The translations under genes and the position numbers were made by a program. Source: Phoronis australis (lineage: Eukaryota > Animalia > Phoronida). From it: a DNA stretch of 64,000 bases. The notes under the pieces are model-generated. The model was given only the letters and a program-made list of their open reading frames with translations, was not told the origin of the DNA and searched no databases. Numbering within the stretch: position 1 is the stretch's first letter; each line of letters opens with the position of its first letter. This document shows, one piece after another, positions 36,953 to 50,730 of this stretch. The stretch covers positions 1 to 64,000 of the forward strand of contig NMRA01001027.1 in assembly GCA_002633005.1 (NCBI GenBank). Direction: 5' to 3'.

Positions 36953-39900
36953 CCGAATCGGACATTTTTCGAGGTTCATAGATAACAACAAAAAGTTCAT
37001 CTGTCTGCCACATTGTGTCCCTATTCCCAACTTTTCATAAGGTGCATTAGGTTCCAATAAACAGACACTGTAAAGAATCTCTCAGTTTATTGTAGCTAAA
37101 ACCAATGCAGACAAAACATGGATGTATATGTAACACCCAACTAAACTCGAATTTTATTGTTTAGAGTTCAGGGACTTCTCACAGTTCATTGGGATTTTGT
37201 TTGACCACGGTTGTATGACTTTAACCAGCAGTCAAGCATCAAAGGCGGAACTGTCTAACATTTTTTTAACATGCCATAAGATGCAGTTACAACTTGTTTT
37301 ATGATTTGTGCATACTGAATCGCCTATTCGCGAAGTGATTTAGCAGATGAGACCAGCAAGTGGAAATATGACGGCTTGACACATTTCCTGTTGTCGGAAA
37401 TTATGAACGTGCCTTTGTTCAAGATGACTAAACAAAGACTCAAAGATGTGCTCTGATGAAACCATTAAAACGCGAGCTAAGTTATTATGTAACAATTGGT
37501 TATAAAGTATGACCAACGGAATAATGATTTCATTGTCTTAAGTTTAACTTAAAAACTATTTTACAAGACAGTGATTGAGGCAATGAGAAAAATCTATCAA
37601 AAAGTAGAATATGCATATGCTGAAATCTAATTGGTTTCGTCCATAATATGAAGTTTTGTTTTCCCACTGTTCTAGATTTATATCAGAAAGATGACAACTT
37701 TCACATTATCTTGCCATTAGATATATGCAAAGAAGCATTGACTAAAATGAGTTGACATATCTCCGACTAAAACGGGCAATTTTTCAAACTGTTTGACCTC
37801 TGAAATTGAATTTCTCGCAAACAAATATATGTAAGAATCATTTTAAGCCTAAAAATGCAATAAAAAGTAGATAAAACATTCGGTTTCATTCTATGGTGCC
37901 CCATGATGAATGGTAATATTTTTCCAATGTAGACAGTTGTCCTGCAATTTGTGATGCCAGACAAAGGAACATTGGAATGCTTACGAATGGACTTCAAGAT
38001 CTCACCAATTGCGTACAGAAATAATTGACAAAACAGCAATTTTTTCATTCTTCAAGGACTTCTGATCACAGCTTTTCAAATATTGTCTTGTGGCAGGTAT
38101 GGTAAAGAGCAAAGCATAATTTTTTATTATGTATCATTTGAAAAAATGAGCAAATAAAATTTGACCTGTACGTCATATTGTGTCCTAAATTGCAGCAATT
38201 TTACCACAGATTCATATCTTAACTAGTCTCGATTTAGAAATCGGTGTCATCTGGCGTTGAAGCCAAACGGTTGCTTTTCATTTTAGTAATGTCATCATAT
38301 AAACCAAATGACCTACAGCAAGGTGAAACGCCCAAAAATCAATACTTGTAGCAAACATTTCTCAGGTGCGGGTGATAGCAAAATGGAAATATGATTGGCA
38401 GGGATGTGTGTATTGAACTGGAAGCATGTGCTAATTTGACAGTTTGAAAACAGGAACAATTCATAGTCTCCCTATATGGATGATGTTGTACAAACAATAA
38501 TTAATTAACCAGTAAAATTTATTTGCTTAGTGCAAGAAACAAAGCTATACTCCAAATAAGAGCTTACTGAGTAATCACTACTAGATTGAGTATTGCCTTA
38601 AATGACTTGCAGTTATACAATATGATGATCAATACCTGAAAAAGATCCCCCGTGGCACTATAGATTCATTATTTACGTGGCTTTCCGGATTGACTTGAAG
38701 ATACATTTTAAATAGTTAAACAAATCTATAATTTTCAGCTTTACTAATAGCTATATCAAACTGACGGTAAATGTTGTTCTCTTCATTCTTTTCACTGACA
38801 AGAGAGGCTAGTACTGAATAACAGAATGTAACGCAACTGAAATCCATTTAACCATCATAGCCTACACCCTTTTAAATTAATGCTACATCGGCAACCAAAA
38901 ACATTTTCAGAATTCTCGATAACACAAAATGCCACACATACTTTGTTGCTTACACACACAGCCATGTTTTGTTATTAGTAACACTACAACCATTTTTGTT
39001 ATGAATGAGAAATTAATTGAAGGCAACTTCATCCAGAAAAATATCTTTTGATGGCCTAAAAATTAAAGCCACAAGATCATGATGACCATGAAAACATTCA
39101 ATTGCGTGACATTTAACGTTTATTTAATTAGTCATTTAGAGCAGTGAATTTTCACCTGTGATAACAAACTACATAAATCCATCAGCCTGGCCAGTACAGG
39201 TTTATTCAAGGGGTTCAATCAGTAGTCACTGGCAACTGTGCTTAGGGATAAAAAACAGGGTGTCAGTTACAGACCAGGGCAGTTAATGGGGAAACGAAAA
39301 TAGACCCTGACATGTCTAGGTAATAAATCTGTCACACGAGAGTTAAAAGTTTATAAATAAAGCCTAGGCATTTGAAATGTGTCCATCAAGACATAACTGG
39401 CTTACAATACTGTATCTCAACTGGAAAGATTACAAGAGCAACACTAAGCAATGATTTGCACCCATCTTGGGCATCACATACAGCACAGATACAAGGGATG
39501 ATCATTATTTTGAACATTACCACTAGAGGGAGCAATAGTAATAAACTTAATGTAGCCTCTACAGGGGCGTAAAGTATGACTGCAGTATTTTCCTCAGTAA
39601 GAACACACCTGCCACTTTTCATCAGGATTCCTCAAGTCGTTTGATGGATAGAGAGATGGACGATGAACACACACAAAAATAAAAAGGCCATCAGGAGGCA
39701 GATCATAGGTCAAAACTGTCTGAAACAGGATAAGTGCTGTCGTCTGCATGTTAGTAAGTTACTTTGCCCAGTGTTCCATGAACATCGACTGAGGAACTTG
39801 TTAGATATTGAGATAAACACAGAGAAAATCAAAATTGCCACTGACAGACTCCACAGTGAGTCCGATTTGTACTAAAATCCACATCAATTGTACTCTCCTC

Positions 39901-42900
39901 AATCACAGGATCACATAAAGGAACTTGGTAGATATTGAACCAAAGCGAAAAAATTGCCATTAGGGGGCACCGCAGTGCTTGGATCTGTCCAAACACCATC
40001 TTCAAAGTCAAACGTGGAAATCTCAAGAATAGACATTAATCCAAATTAATGGAATGTTAAAGTTCGTTAAACACAGAAGACATGTAAAAATAACTTTTTG
40101 ATTTTGAAATAGGATCTTCAATTTTGAGAGCATTTCCATAGACTTCAAATTGATGCACCAAGCAAAGTGTCAGGCAGTAAGAAACTTTCAGCTGTTTCCA
40201 AGTTTACTGAGCAAGGCATGCCAATAGGCGAATTATAGCAATTACCATAAAATTTTTGCTGATCAGTGCTCTTGCAGAAAAAGATGTCAGCGACCAGAAT
40301 CAGCACACTGTTTTACTTTATGAAGTTGCATTCAAACGCCAGCCATTTGTTGAAAAGCAACTTGGAAAAGATAAAAAGCAAAAACAACATGCAGCCAAGG
40401 ATACAGGAATAAATAAATTTACGTACTGCCTTTTCATGGCATTTTTGTCAATTATGCAAAGAAATTGGAGAATGTGGTATTTCAGTTTCAAGTATATCGT
40501 GACCACAATGTCTTAGATGAATCATCGATTGGTAGCCAAAAACAAAAATCAGTGGAATTGAGCCTTTTTGGTCGTGTAATATTCCTTACCTTGATAGCTA
40601 GGAGTCTGATTCCATTACCTGAATGAACACTGAAACCATTAGTGAGTCAAGAAAAAGCTTCAGTTGTTTAGGGTTGGCCAACCCCAAAATTGCGAATTTG
40701 AAAATGGTACAAGTATACACTGCCACTTCAGAGTTGCCGGCTCATTCAGAAACAATTCAAGATTAGATGAGCACGGCAAGTTTTTAAATCCCAACGTGTT
40801 GCTGTTAAGAATTGAACAACACGGCTGAACAGAGCGAAATACACATTTAAAAGCTATAGATTTGAATAATTATTTGCATATGATAGAATCAATAACTGAT
40901 GCAAGGAGTAAGGTGGGTTTGTTAACTTACAAACTAAACACAACTAACTGGACTACGACTAGATAGATCCAAACCTGCAGTTTTGGCTTAGGACATGTGG
41001 GGTCTTAAGGCACTTGCGATAAAACAGTCGGTCATAATTAACTAAATGGAAACGCTTTGCTGCAAGTTACTTACCTAATAGCTAGGTGCAAAGTAATTCT
41101 AGGAATCACAAAACAAATTGTTTGAATGGCATCACCCTGGCTACAGAGTACAACTAACATATTTTGAGTGATACACACGACTGACTACATAAATATACTA
41201 TGAAATATCAACAGTAGGCGGAAGTAAATTAAAAAAAAATGTGACAGACAGTATATTTTAAATCTAGAAACAGATTTCATGCTGCTTAATTTCTGCGCTA
41301 AGCTCTTTTAAATTACCTTTCAGAAGAACGATGTCTCAGTCTGTTTCTGACAGATAAGCAAACAATGCAAAGTGAAGACATATTGAAACAGTAAGAAAAA
41401 CCAACCAATTACAACATAAATGTTGAAAATAACAAAATCAACAAGAATCACAACCCAATCTCCAATCATTCAGTGATAATTCTAGAAGCCCCTCCCTTAA
41501 TTCATTAGCATGTAAAAAGATCATTGAACCACTTCACTGCTTACTCCTGCCAATTAAAGACACATTAAAATTGTCCCGATCACACCTTAGTTTATATTAA
41601 AGAGTATTACACCTAGCATTCATGTTCTAACACACTGACAATGCAGACCAGTTCAGATCACCTTTAATACAGTGGTGAACAAGACAACAACACAAGCAAT
41701 ACAGGGTCTAGGCTTAATTGATCACGAGAGTGGATTTACGATTTTTGTTACCTTTCAACGTAGATAGTTCTTTAAACAAATACATAACATACTGAGGTAG
41801 CAAACGAAATCATACACGTGAAAATGCTGCTTCCCAAAAACTCAAATCAAACCAGGACACTAAAAGGCTATTGTGACCAACTGGTCGCCCACTTGGACCC
41901 GTAAGGGTCAACTGACCTATTGCCTTATTTTTCTAAAATGATCCCTGATAATTTTGATAATGGTACTTGAAGGGCTTGTTTGCCTCACTAAAAATTTGCT
42001 TTTTAAGAGCAAAATTTGTTTTCTTAAACTTGGGTGTAAAGCCTACCCAACAGTACCGTAAGAGTTAGCAAACATGTGGAAATGTGTTGTAGGTGATCAT
42101 TTATATATTCTAGAAGAGGGTGGGCGTAGCCACTAAAACATAATTTGACCCAGATCTAGATAGTCTGAAACAGTTTGCACTTTCTAGTACATTTTATTGC
42201 CTTATATATCTATTAGTCACTATTATATACTTTTGTTAAAGCCAGAAATGAGGCACCCAACCTCAGACTGGCTACGTGATGTTGTCTGGACAATAAATGT
42301 ATTAAAAAAAAGTTTGCACTTTTGCACTTAATAACAATTAAACTGCCGTCAAAACATGACCGGACTTAATGATAAGCGGGTGACATCAAACTGAATTTAC
42401 TCCTCTATATTCCTTACACACATCAGATCAGAGCAGCTACTCTACCAAGCAACAAGTAATATTTGGTTGGCAGAGCTATGACAAAACCTGCGCTGTATAA
42501 TTTCAGTGATGATGAAAATCTACCGATCTGTACAAACATTCAAAAACATCAACCTTCACAAATGAGTTTTCCAGTGCAAATCAAGTGCAACATTTGCACT
42601 TTGTGTTCAAAATTTTCTACAACAAAGCTTCAAATGCGATGGCGTGTTTATCTCACTGTTAACAAACAACTTATTGAGAGACTGGAGTCCATATTCATCT
42701 GGGCAATGTTTGTAACTGACAAGCAACATCTAAACTACAGTCAGTGTAAGACAGATTGTCACAATGGAGAAAGAGCAAACAACATGGTGTGATGCACTCA
42801 CGGCCTCCAGGTGTTGACTTAAAAACATGTCACGATTCCAGATGCAAGCCAGAGCTGTATGAAGACAAACTTTGATGGCATTGGAATCACATATCTGAAT

Positions 42901-43178
42901 ACTCTGAAGAATATAACAGTGACCAACAATACTGCCTGTGGGACAGTGCTGTTCAGTGGGTAAAATAACCATGCCATGTCTATGTTAGATCTATTCAAGA
43001 TGATGTTTGTGTCTGTTTCCATTGTACAATATTCTTCAGTTGTTTTCCAAAAATTAGTTGCCAACATTATCACTTAATTATCTAAATTTCAAAAACCAAG
43101 TACCAAACATAAAATAATCAAATGTTAAATTGACGTATGTTATGACTCATCCAGTAGGAGTATAATATGCAGAAAATT

Positions 43179-43470
43179 ACAAGTTGTTACTGAACTAACG
43201 CGAGATGAAAGGGCAACATCAGTTTCGCCAGAGTCTGCTGGCTTTTTCAAGCCTGTGTGACTGCTAAAGGATTTGGTCGGAATTGAGATAATCGGCGGGA
43301 AACTAGTCAGAATCATATCACACACACCCTGGACAGGACTCTAACTTAAGTTTCCCGCAGATTTTCTCAACTCCCGACTGAATCCATCAGAGGTCGCAAG
43401 GCTTGAAAAAGCCAGCAGATGCTGGCGAAACGTTGCCCTTTGATCTCCAGTAAGTTCAGTAACGACTTGT
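43179..43470. repeat. palindromic element with hammerhead-like motifs in both arms (second copy ~44789-45065)
   Basis: ACAAGTTGTTACTGAACT...GCGGGAAACT mirrored by AGTTTCCCGC...AGTTCAGTAACGACTTGT. Confidence 0.8.
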
Positions 43471-43732
43471 TAAGTTCTATATATAACCAAATGCTGTTTA
43501 TGACGACCACGCAGCACGAAACATGCTAGTAACAAAGCAAATATTTTTCAATATCTGGTTATTAAAATTTAAAAAATACCACTTCAATGCCAAATTTGAG
43601 TGCCAAACAAATGAAAGCTATTGACACTTAAACTTGGCAGAAATTACATCAACATGAATATTTATGGTCCAGGAATTGATGCAAGTGAACTTCATTCTAA
43701 ATTATTTTAATATAAAATGCTGTACAACTCAC

Positions 43733-43834
43733 CTTGAGTTCTGCATCTGTTTCAAAGCTGACCTGTCTGCCATTGTTGTAGTAGGGTTTCCCTTCACCAA
43801 CCTCTGCACCTCTTTTTTCATTCCGAACCCTGTT
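43733..43834 (-). other. second (probably allelic) copy of the juxtamembrane exon, truncated at the N
   Basis: NRVRNEKRGAEVGEGKPYYNNGRQVSFETDAELK|gtgagt; acceptor missing at the gap. Confidence 0.7.
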
Positions 43835-45320
43835 NACTTTTGTTAAAGCCAGAAATGAGGCACCCAACCTCAGACTGGCTACGTGATGTTGTCTGGACAA
43901 TAAATGTATTAAAAAAAAGTTTGCACTTTTGCACTTAATAACAATTAAACTGCCGTCAAAACATGACCGGACATAATGATAAGCGGGTGACATCAAACTG
44001 AATTTACTCCTCTATATTCCTTACACACATCAGATCAGAGCAGCTACTCTACCAAGCAACAAGTAATATTTGGTTGGCAGAGCTACGACGAAAACCTGCG
44101 CCGTATAATTTCAGTGATGATGAAAATCTACCGATCTGTACAAACATTCAAAAACATCAATCTTCACAAATGAGTTTTCCAGTGCAAATCAAGTGCAAAA
44201 TTTGCACTTTGTGGTCAAAATTTTCTACAACAAAGCTTCAAATGCGATGGCGGTGTTCATCTCACTGTTAACAAACAACTTATTGAGAGACTGGAGTGCA
44301 TATTCATCTGGGCAATGTTTGTAACTGACAAGCAACATCAAAACTACAGTCAGTGTAAGACAGATTGTCACAATGGAGAAAGAGCAAACAACATGGTGTG
44401 ATGCACTCACGGCCTCCAGGTGTTGACTTAAAAACATGTCACGATTCCAGATGCAAGCCAGAGCTGCATGACGACAAACTTTGATGGCATTGAAATCACA
44501 TATCTGAATACTCTGAAGAATATAACAGTGACCAACAATACTGCCTGCGGGACAGTACTGTTCAGTGGGTAAAATAACCATGCCATGTCTATGTTAGATC
44601 TATTCAAGTTGATGTTTGTGTCTGTTTCCATTGCACAATATTCTTCAGTTGTTTTCCAAAAAATTAGTTGCCAACATTATCACTTAATTATCTAAATTTC
44701 AAAAACCAAGTACCAAACATAAAATAATCAAATGTTAAATTGACGTATGTTATGACTCATCCAGTAGGAGTATAATATGCAGAAAATTACAAGTTGTTAC
44801 TGAACTAACACGAGATGAAAGGGCAACGTCAATTTCGCCAGAGTCTGCTGGCTTTTTCAAGCCTGTGTGACTGCTAAAGGATTTGGTCGGAATTGAGATA
44901 ATCGGCGGGAAACTAGTCAGAATCATATCACACACACCCTGGACAAGATTCTAACTTAAGTTTCCCGCAGATTTTCTCAACTCCCGACTGAATCCACCAG
45001 ACATCGCAAGGCTTGAAAACGTTGCCCTTTGATCTCTAGTAAGTTCAGTGACGACTCATTAAGTTCTGGATATAACCAAATGCTGTTTATGACGACCACG
45101 TAGCACGAAACATGCTAGGAACAAAGCAATTATTTTTCAATATCTGGTAATTAAAATTTAAAAATACCACTTCAATGCCAAATTTGAGTGCCAAACAAAT
45201 GAAAGCTATCGACATTTAAACTTGGCAGAAATTACATCAACATGAATGTTTATGGTCCAGGAATTGATGCAAGTGAACTTCATTCTAAATTATTTTAATA
45301 TAAAATTCTGTACAACTCAC

Positions 45321-45435
45321 CTTGAGTTCTGCATCTGTTTCAAAGCTGACCTGTCTGCCATTGTTGTAGTAGGGTTGCCCTTCACCAACCTCTGCACCTT
45401 TTGTACCTTTTGTATCATTCCGAACCTTGTTACAT
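45321..45435 (-). CDS. type I membrane glycoprotein, juxtamembrane cytoplasmic exon (RCNKVRNDTKG...RQVSFETDAELK)
   Basis: T-rich tract with atypical aAG acceptor, strong AAG|gtgagt donor, phase 2-0 fits both neighbours. Confidence 0.78.
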
Positions 45436-45617
45436 CTTACCATGGAACAAAAAAGGCATTATAGTAACAAATAACAAAAGCAGATTGATGGATAAACATA
45501 ATGAGCGGGGTGGGGGGTGGGGTGGGGATTGGGGGGCGGTTCCTCTTACCAGTAGAAAATTTCAAACTTCTATTCTTCCCCACAATGTTTATCATTCATA
45601 CTTGTATATAATGCATA

Positions 45618-45952
45618 GTCTTCCATTTTTAGTTGTGCAGTGCATGCATAGTGCATGTGCAGTGCATACTTAGTGCATACACTGTTGCACACATAGTGCA
45701 TACACACTTCGCATGCGTAGAGTATATGCGCAGTGCCAATGTAGGGAAAACAGAATATTTTTTCATGGTGAAAGCATAGTGCATACAATAAGCACGCACA
45801 ATACATAGCCCAAAAATAATGCACACACAGGGCAAACAGATAGACACCTAGAGCATGCAAAATGTATGCATTGAGAGTGCATACATAATGCATTTGCATA
45901 TCAAGCATGATAAATACATAGTGAATGCATAATGCATACTGGGTGCATAGAC
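45618..45952. repeat. low-complexity array of ATAGTGCAT / TGCA motifs
   Basis: Many irregularly spaced TGCA-containing units. Confidence 0.7.
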
Positions 45953-46679
45953 AGTGGATTTCACACAACTACCGATTAGCATTTAATCACACCTTCCAAA
46001 CCGGTGAGTGTCCGTGATTGAACATGAAACGTAAATAAAATGAATACCATGCATAATTAAATAACGAAGTTGTTTTTCACGTCACTATAGTAACAGATAG
46101 GTCACGCTTTGTAACCCGGGGTTCATTGAAAAAGAGGCTCAATAGAAAACACCGAGGTAGACATGCAATTTTGCAAGCTAACATTAACAGAAGTGGTCAG
46201 GTAATTTTCTCCACGTGTAACCAGAAACAAGATTTGCAGACAAAAAACATCACGGCATTACCCTGTAGTCATTATGAATCAGTAAAGCAATGTCAAGTGA
46301 CCATTTCTGCTTTTGATAACTCCTTCAGCTTTACGGTCTCGTAAATTGCCTCTTTGGCCTCATTGTTTCTGAGCAGATTCGCAAAATGTCACTAAATTCC
46401 ACGTTGTTTGGCAGTTCTAGGTCTTGCCACCTGGTAACTGGGCAGACACATGCAAAAGGCATTTGAAGCACAAGGATCAGGCAACAGTAAAGTCTATACA
46501 AACAGAAAAGTACCATGTACCATCTTCATTCAGTCAATACTGATAATTAGACAGGGTGAACTTGCACTTGTAGCTGAGCAATAAAACAAAATAAACAAGA
46601 AAACATGCTGGTGATATTAGTCACATGGCTGCTGTTTATACTATGCATCCTTTTTTGACTGGATAGTATGAAAAATTGG

Positions 46680-46768
46680 GCTGAGCATGTAGGCGATTAA
46701 AAGCGAAAAATGAAAATTTTAGAAGTGGGCGGTAAGCCGAGCATGGGTGGTAACCCGAACAAGTACGG
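46680..46768. mobile_element. right-end fragment related to MITE 33171-33329
   Basis: GGGCGGTAAGCCGAGCATGGGTGGTAACCCGAACAAGTACGG|TA. Confidence 0.65.
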
Positions 46769-49700
46769 TATATAGCAAACCAATGCTAATCCTGGATTGT
46801 ATATATTATCATGCTGGATGCAAGAAAAGGAAAGAACTGCATAAAAGACAATACTCAAGCTTTGACCACGCCTATATAAGACAGCAAAATCTGTTGTGTA
46901 TGAGCAATTTTCTTAGAATTTGACGAAGTTTCTGACCTAAGCTTCTAGGCATTCAGTGGGAATACCACCACTGGAGAGCTTAGTCAAATATAGTCATACA
47001 GCAGGCGACAGAGATTAAACATGCAGTTAGATACCTTTTCCTGAAAGTCTCCAAGGCCCCGGGGCAACGGATCCTAAACAAGGTACACGTACAATGTAAT
47101 CATAATCGAACAACTTAAAAGTTCTAAGAGGCCTACAGTACGTCTAATGTGTATGGGAGATGACTTTCAATGACAGGGATAGTGTTGATGCAGGAAAAGG
47201 GCTTCCTTCTGAATTTGGGAGTGGGAAAACAATGGAGTACCATTGGCGATTCCACTCAAAAGAGAAGGCAAAAATACCAGTTTTTGTGTAGTCACCATCC
47301 ACGATTTTGTGCACAATGTTACCGTTTTGAGTGCCGCAAATTGCCCAAAGACAGATGCTATGAGAAATGAGTTCTTCAACTCTGCACTGTTACTAGGGAT
47401 GGATGATTACATAATATGCATTATTTCGACTACAGAGGTCCTCACTATTTTGCAGGGTCTGAGTCCAGTTTGCCAGATCACTCATCTCTGCTAAATAATT
47501 AATCTTGAGATTTCCACAATTTTTTGGTTTACAATCTCAGACGTGGTATTAAAAAATGCACCTGGCACTCAAATCATCAGAAAAAAAGCATATTTCACAT
47601 TAGTTCCTGGTAGAACATTTTCCTCTAAAAATATTTTAACGTGTTTTGCATGAACTGCATAAACCACAGATTTCTAAGAAGTCCTGATAAAATACATTTA
47701 ATTAATTATGATCTTTCATTTGCAATTAGGCCTCTTATAAAAACCAAACATCGATTGTTTGTTGTCTCACACTTGATAAAAAGAGTATGTCCAGTACTCA
47801 TATAATTGATCTGATTCATTGAGATGCACAATTTGCTAGTGCAGTCTCACTTTCAATCAAGATCAACCCTATAACAAATTTCTGGCACCAGATGGCCCAT
47901 TATCATCACTAATCAACCCTTTACTGATTTGGACTCTGGGTTTAGCTATTTCAACTAATTTTCACATGGTTAGCTATCCCAGTATTAACATGGTTACCAT
48001 GTTTCAACATGACTGTTTACCTGTCGCTGATCAATGAGTGGATTAAATTTGCTTTGATAGAGCTCGTTTTAAACTGTGAAAAAAGATTTGATATCAGTGT
48101 TGCATCCCTTAAAACATGCATATCCTTTGCAAATCTTTGTCTTCAGCCAAGATCGTGTCAATCGCAATTTGTTGCACAAGTATTGCTTTACAACTGATGT
48201 GCAAAACAGTACAACTTGTCCTAAACTGAAAGAAATAATGATTAAATGTTGGTTCCATAGAGATTCGACAAAATTTGGACTCGCATCAAAAATTTTAGTT
48301 TATTATTCAATTAGTGACCATGACTCATAGCACTAATCTCCATCCAGGAGTTGACTGCCAGAAGATCAGTATCTGACTTGATCACAGCGCTACCACGCAC
48401 ATTATTTTTCTAAAGTACCCCATTAATATGTCCAAGGTTCTGTGAGAAATTCCAATGTTGAACCCATCTCCGAAATTACCAACATTGTATGAACCTCCAT
48501 TCTCTTTTTAAACCCTGTTATGTGAAATGCACAAAGTCTGCTATTGGAGAAACAAGATAATCCCCAAAAACAACCAGGGTCCCAAATTCCGAATTAGGAA
48601 AATTCAAAATTTAGCTTCTATTTTAGAGTACCAAATTCAATTAGTTATCCCAAATTGGAGAATTTTTACCGTTTAATGACAATAAAACAATGGATTCATT
48701 TCAACACTTTCACTGCAACTTATTGGAACTATAGTGCATTCTTTGAATTTCTGATGGACTGCTTTCAGACAAAATCTGTCAAAAGATGATTAACATTGAA
48801 CTTCACTTTTAGCCAGCTTAGCACAATTTGGGAGTGAAACACAAAAACATATGAAAAGTTTGTATTTCAGTGATATTTTTTGACATTTGAGTACCACTTT
48901 GTGTTTGACACAGATGAAAACAGACAAGATTATCTTGAAAGTAGACTTTGTGGCAGATTTAATGGTGTATTTTAAATGTGCCAAGGCAGTACAAATATTC
49001 TAATCCTTTCTCAACGTTTGACCGAGCTGCATCGGTAAAGAATATATGGCTGTGATTTTGCTGCCTTGCAGAAACCTGTTAATAAATTCTTTACAGCAAT
49101 AAAGATCAAGAGAACAGTTGGTGGAGCTAGGCCATGAGCAGGCACAATATTTTGCATTTCATATCTTTCCCATCATAGACTATAGACAACAGATTCACAA
49201 CTCCGACATTTTCATGCGTACTATCCTAGAGGAGGCACCACTCTATTAAATTGTCTGTTTCAGTTTCCGGTTAGTGTATTGTGATGACACAACTGCCGAC
49301 CATGATTAGCAGACAACCTACTAGCGGGAAATAAATCCAGATAATGTGGCCAGGTGTGAATAATGACATCAGTGCTTCTGTAAGCGCGCAGATTTCGTCC
49401 ATTGAAAGTATACAGAGTTGGCGGTCCATGTACTATAGTCTATGGTCCTATGACACACACACACGCGCACGCGCACACACACAAAAACACATGCCCGCAA
49501 TAAGCCGCAACATAATGAATGCCAAAATTTATTCCTGTGAAATTTTTACTATTTATCTTTGTCGGTGGCCAAGGGGGAGTCAGGACCCATGCCCCCCCCT
49601 CCTAAATACGCTACTGAGTGAACGCAGAACAACATAATACAGACCACGTGCAGTGACTTTACATGCAGTGCCAGACAAAAGTAATCAGCCAAAATATGTT

Positions 49701-50209
49701 TTCCTCGTCATTATAACTGATTCCGTTGAAAGCAAAAATGGCTGACAACAACCATAAAGGTCACAAAATTCTATTTACAGAATGGCTAAGTCACATAACT
49801 AAACTCCAGGTTAATTGCCATTCATTCTCGGTCAAAAGAGAAGACTACTGATTGACGATGAATTCGACCTCACCCTCCATCATGATTGGGACTTATGGGT
49901 AATTTTGTTTGAATACTTTTGGCTTGTTCTACATCTAAAATCAAGACAATAAACGGGCGTTTTTAATAACACAGAGCTGATTTTGCTTACACAAGTGTAT
50001 ATTAAGCATCTGAAAAGTCAACAACTGTGGTAAAATTAGTTGAATTGAGACAATTTGTATATCGTGTGACGGCAGCGTTAATCCAAGTCTGTGTGATATT
50101 CGTTTATTTAATAAGACGCCTGGTTGCCAGACACTGTTTGCACGTCATAAGCAAATAGTTCAGAAGAGGGTGAAACTAAATATTTGTATACAGAAATGTA
50201 GGCACCTAC

Positions 50210-50730
50210 CTGATGCAAACTAACACAGCAATTACAATGAGAGTAACACCTGATCCCGAAACTGAGACGACGATGATGATAATGTTGTCTCCACTACCAG
50301 ATGGTTTCGTTTCGTCACTTGTTGGTGTGAATGCCGGAACATTTGTTGGCAGATCGGACGTAAAAGCATTTTGTTGAACAGAAGTTGCAAACTCGTCTAC
50401 TGTTGTCAATGTCTGAGTTTCGTTTTTCATCACTCCTGCTGTTGTGTTTGCTTCCTCTGTTGTTGCTGCAGTTGTTGTTGTTGTTGTTGCAGTTGTTGTT
50501 GTTGCAGCTGGTGCAATAGTCATCGTTGTTGGTGCTGCCGTAGTTTGGCAATGATCCTCATATCGAGTTTCATTCAATACCGTAAGATTTTTCAGCAAGA
50601 CTGTTATGCTATAATTGCCAGTAGTGACGTAGGATAAAAGCTCCGTGTCACATGGGAATGGACTTGGAAAAGGAGGAAGCTCTGGAGGTGGAATGCAGCA
50701 TGAACAGTTGATGCCAGTTGCAGACACAGT
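50210..50730 (-). CDS. type I membrane glycoprotein, main exon: Cys-containing head, Thr-rich mucin stalk, TM helix
   Basis: ttctttccAG acceptor, AG|gtaggt donor, 173 open codons, several N-x-S/T sites, poly-Thr, hydrophobic IIIIVVSVSGSGVTLIVIAVLVCI followed by R. Confidence 0.9.

Larger units (their letters stand above)
42229..45431. repeat. 1.6-kb apparent tandem duplication across a single N at 43835 (probably unmerged alleles)
   Basis: 42229-43834 is nearly identical to 43836-45431 with scattered SNPs and indels; the junction is exactly the N. Confidence 0.9.

Noticed and set aside
39386-39622. Hydrophobic minus-strand ORF with a gtaag donor
   Set aside because: Phases do not fit the gene model and there is no recognisable family
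45570-45968. 132-aa Cys/His/Tyr-rich ORF
   Set aside because: Product of the TGCA-rich repeat array
50371-50637. Metallothionein-like poly-Cys ORF (also 51523-51801)
   Set aside because: Antisense reading of the poly-Thr (ACA)n codons of the real exon
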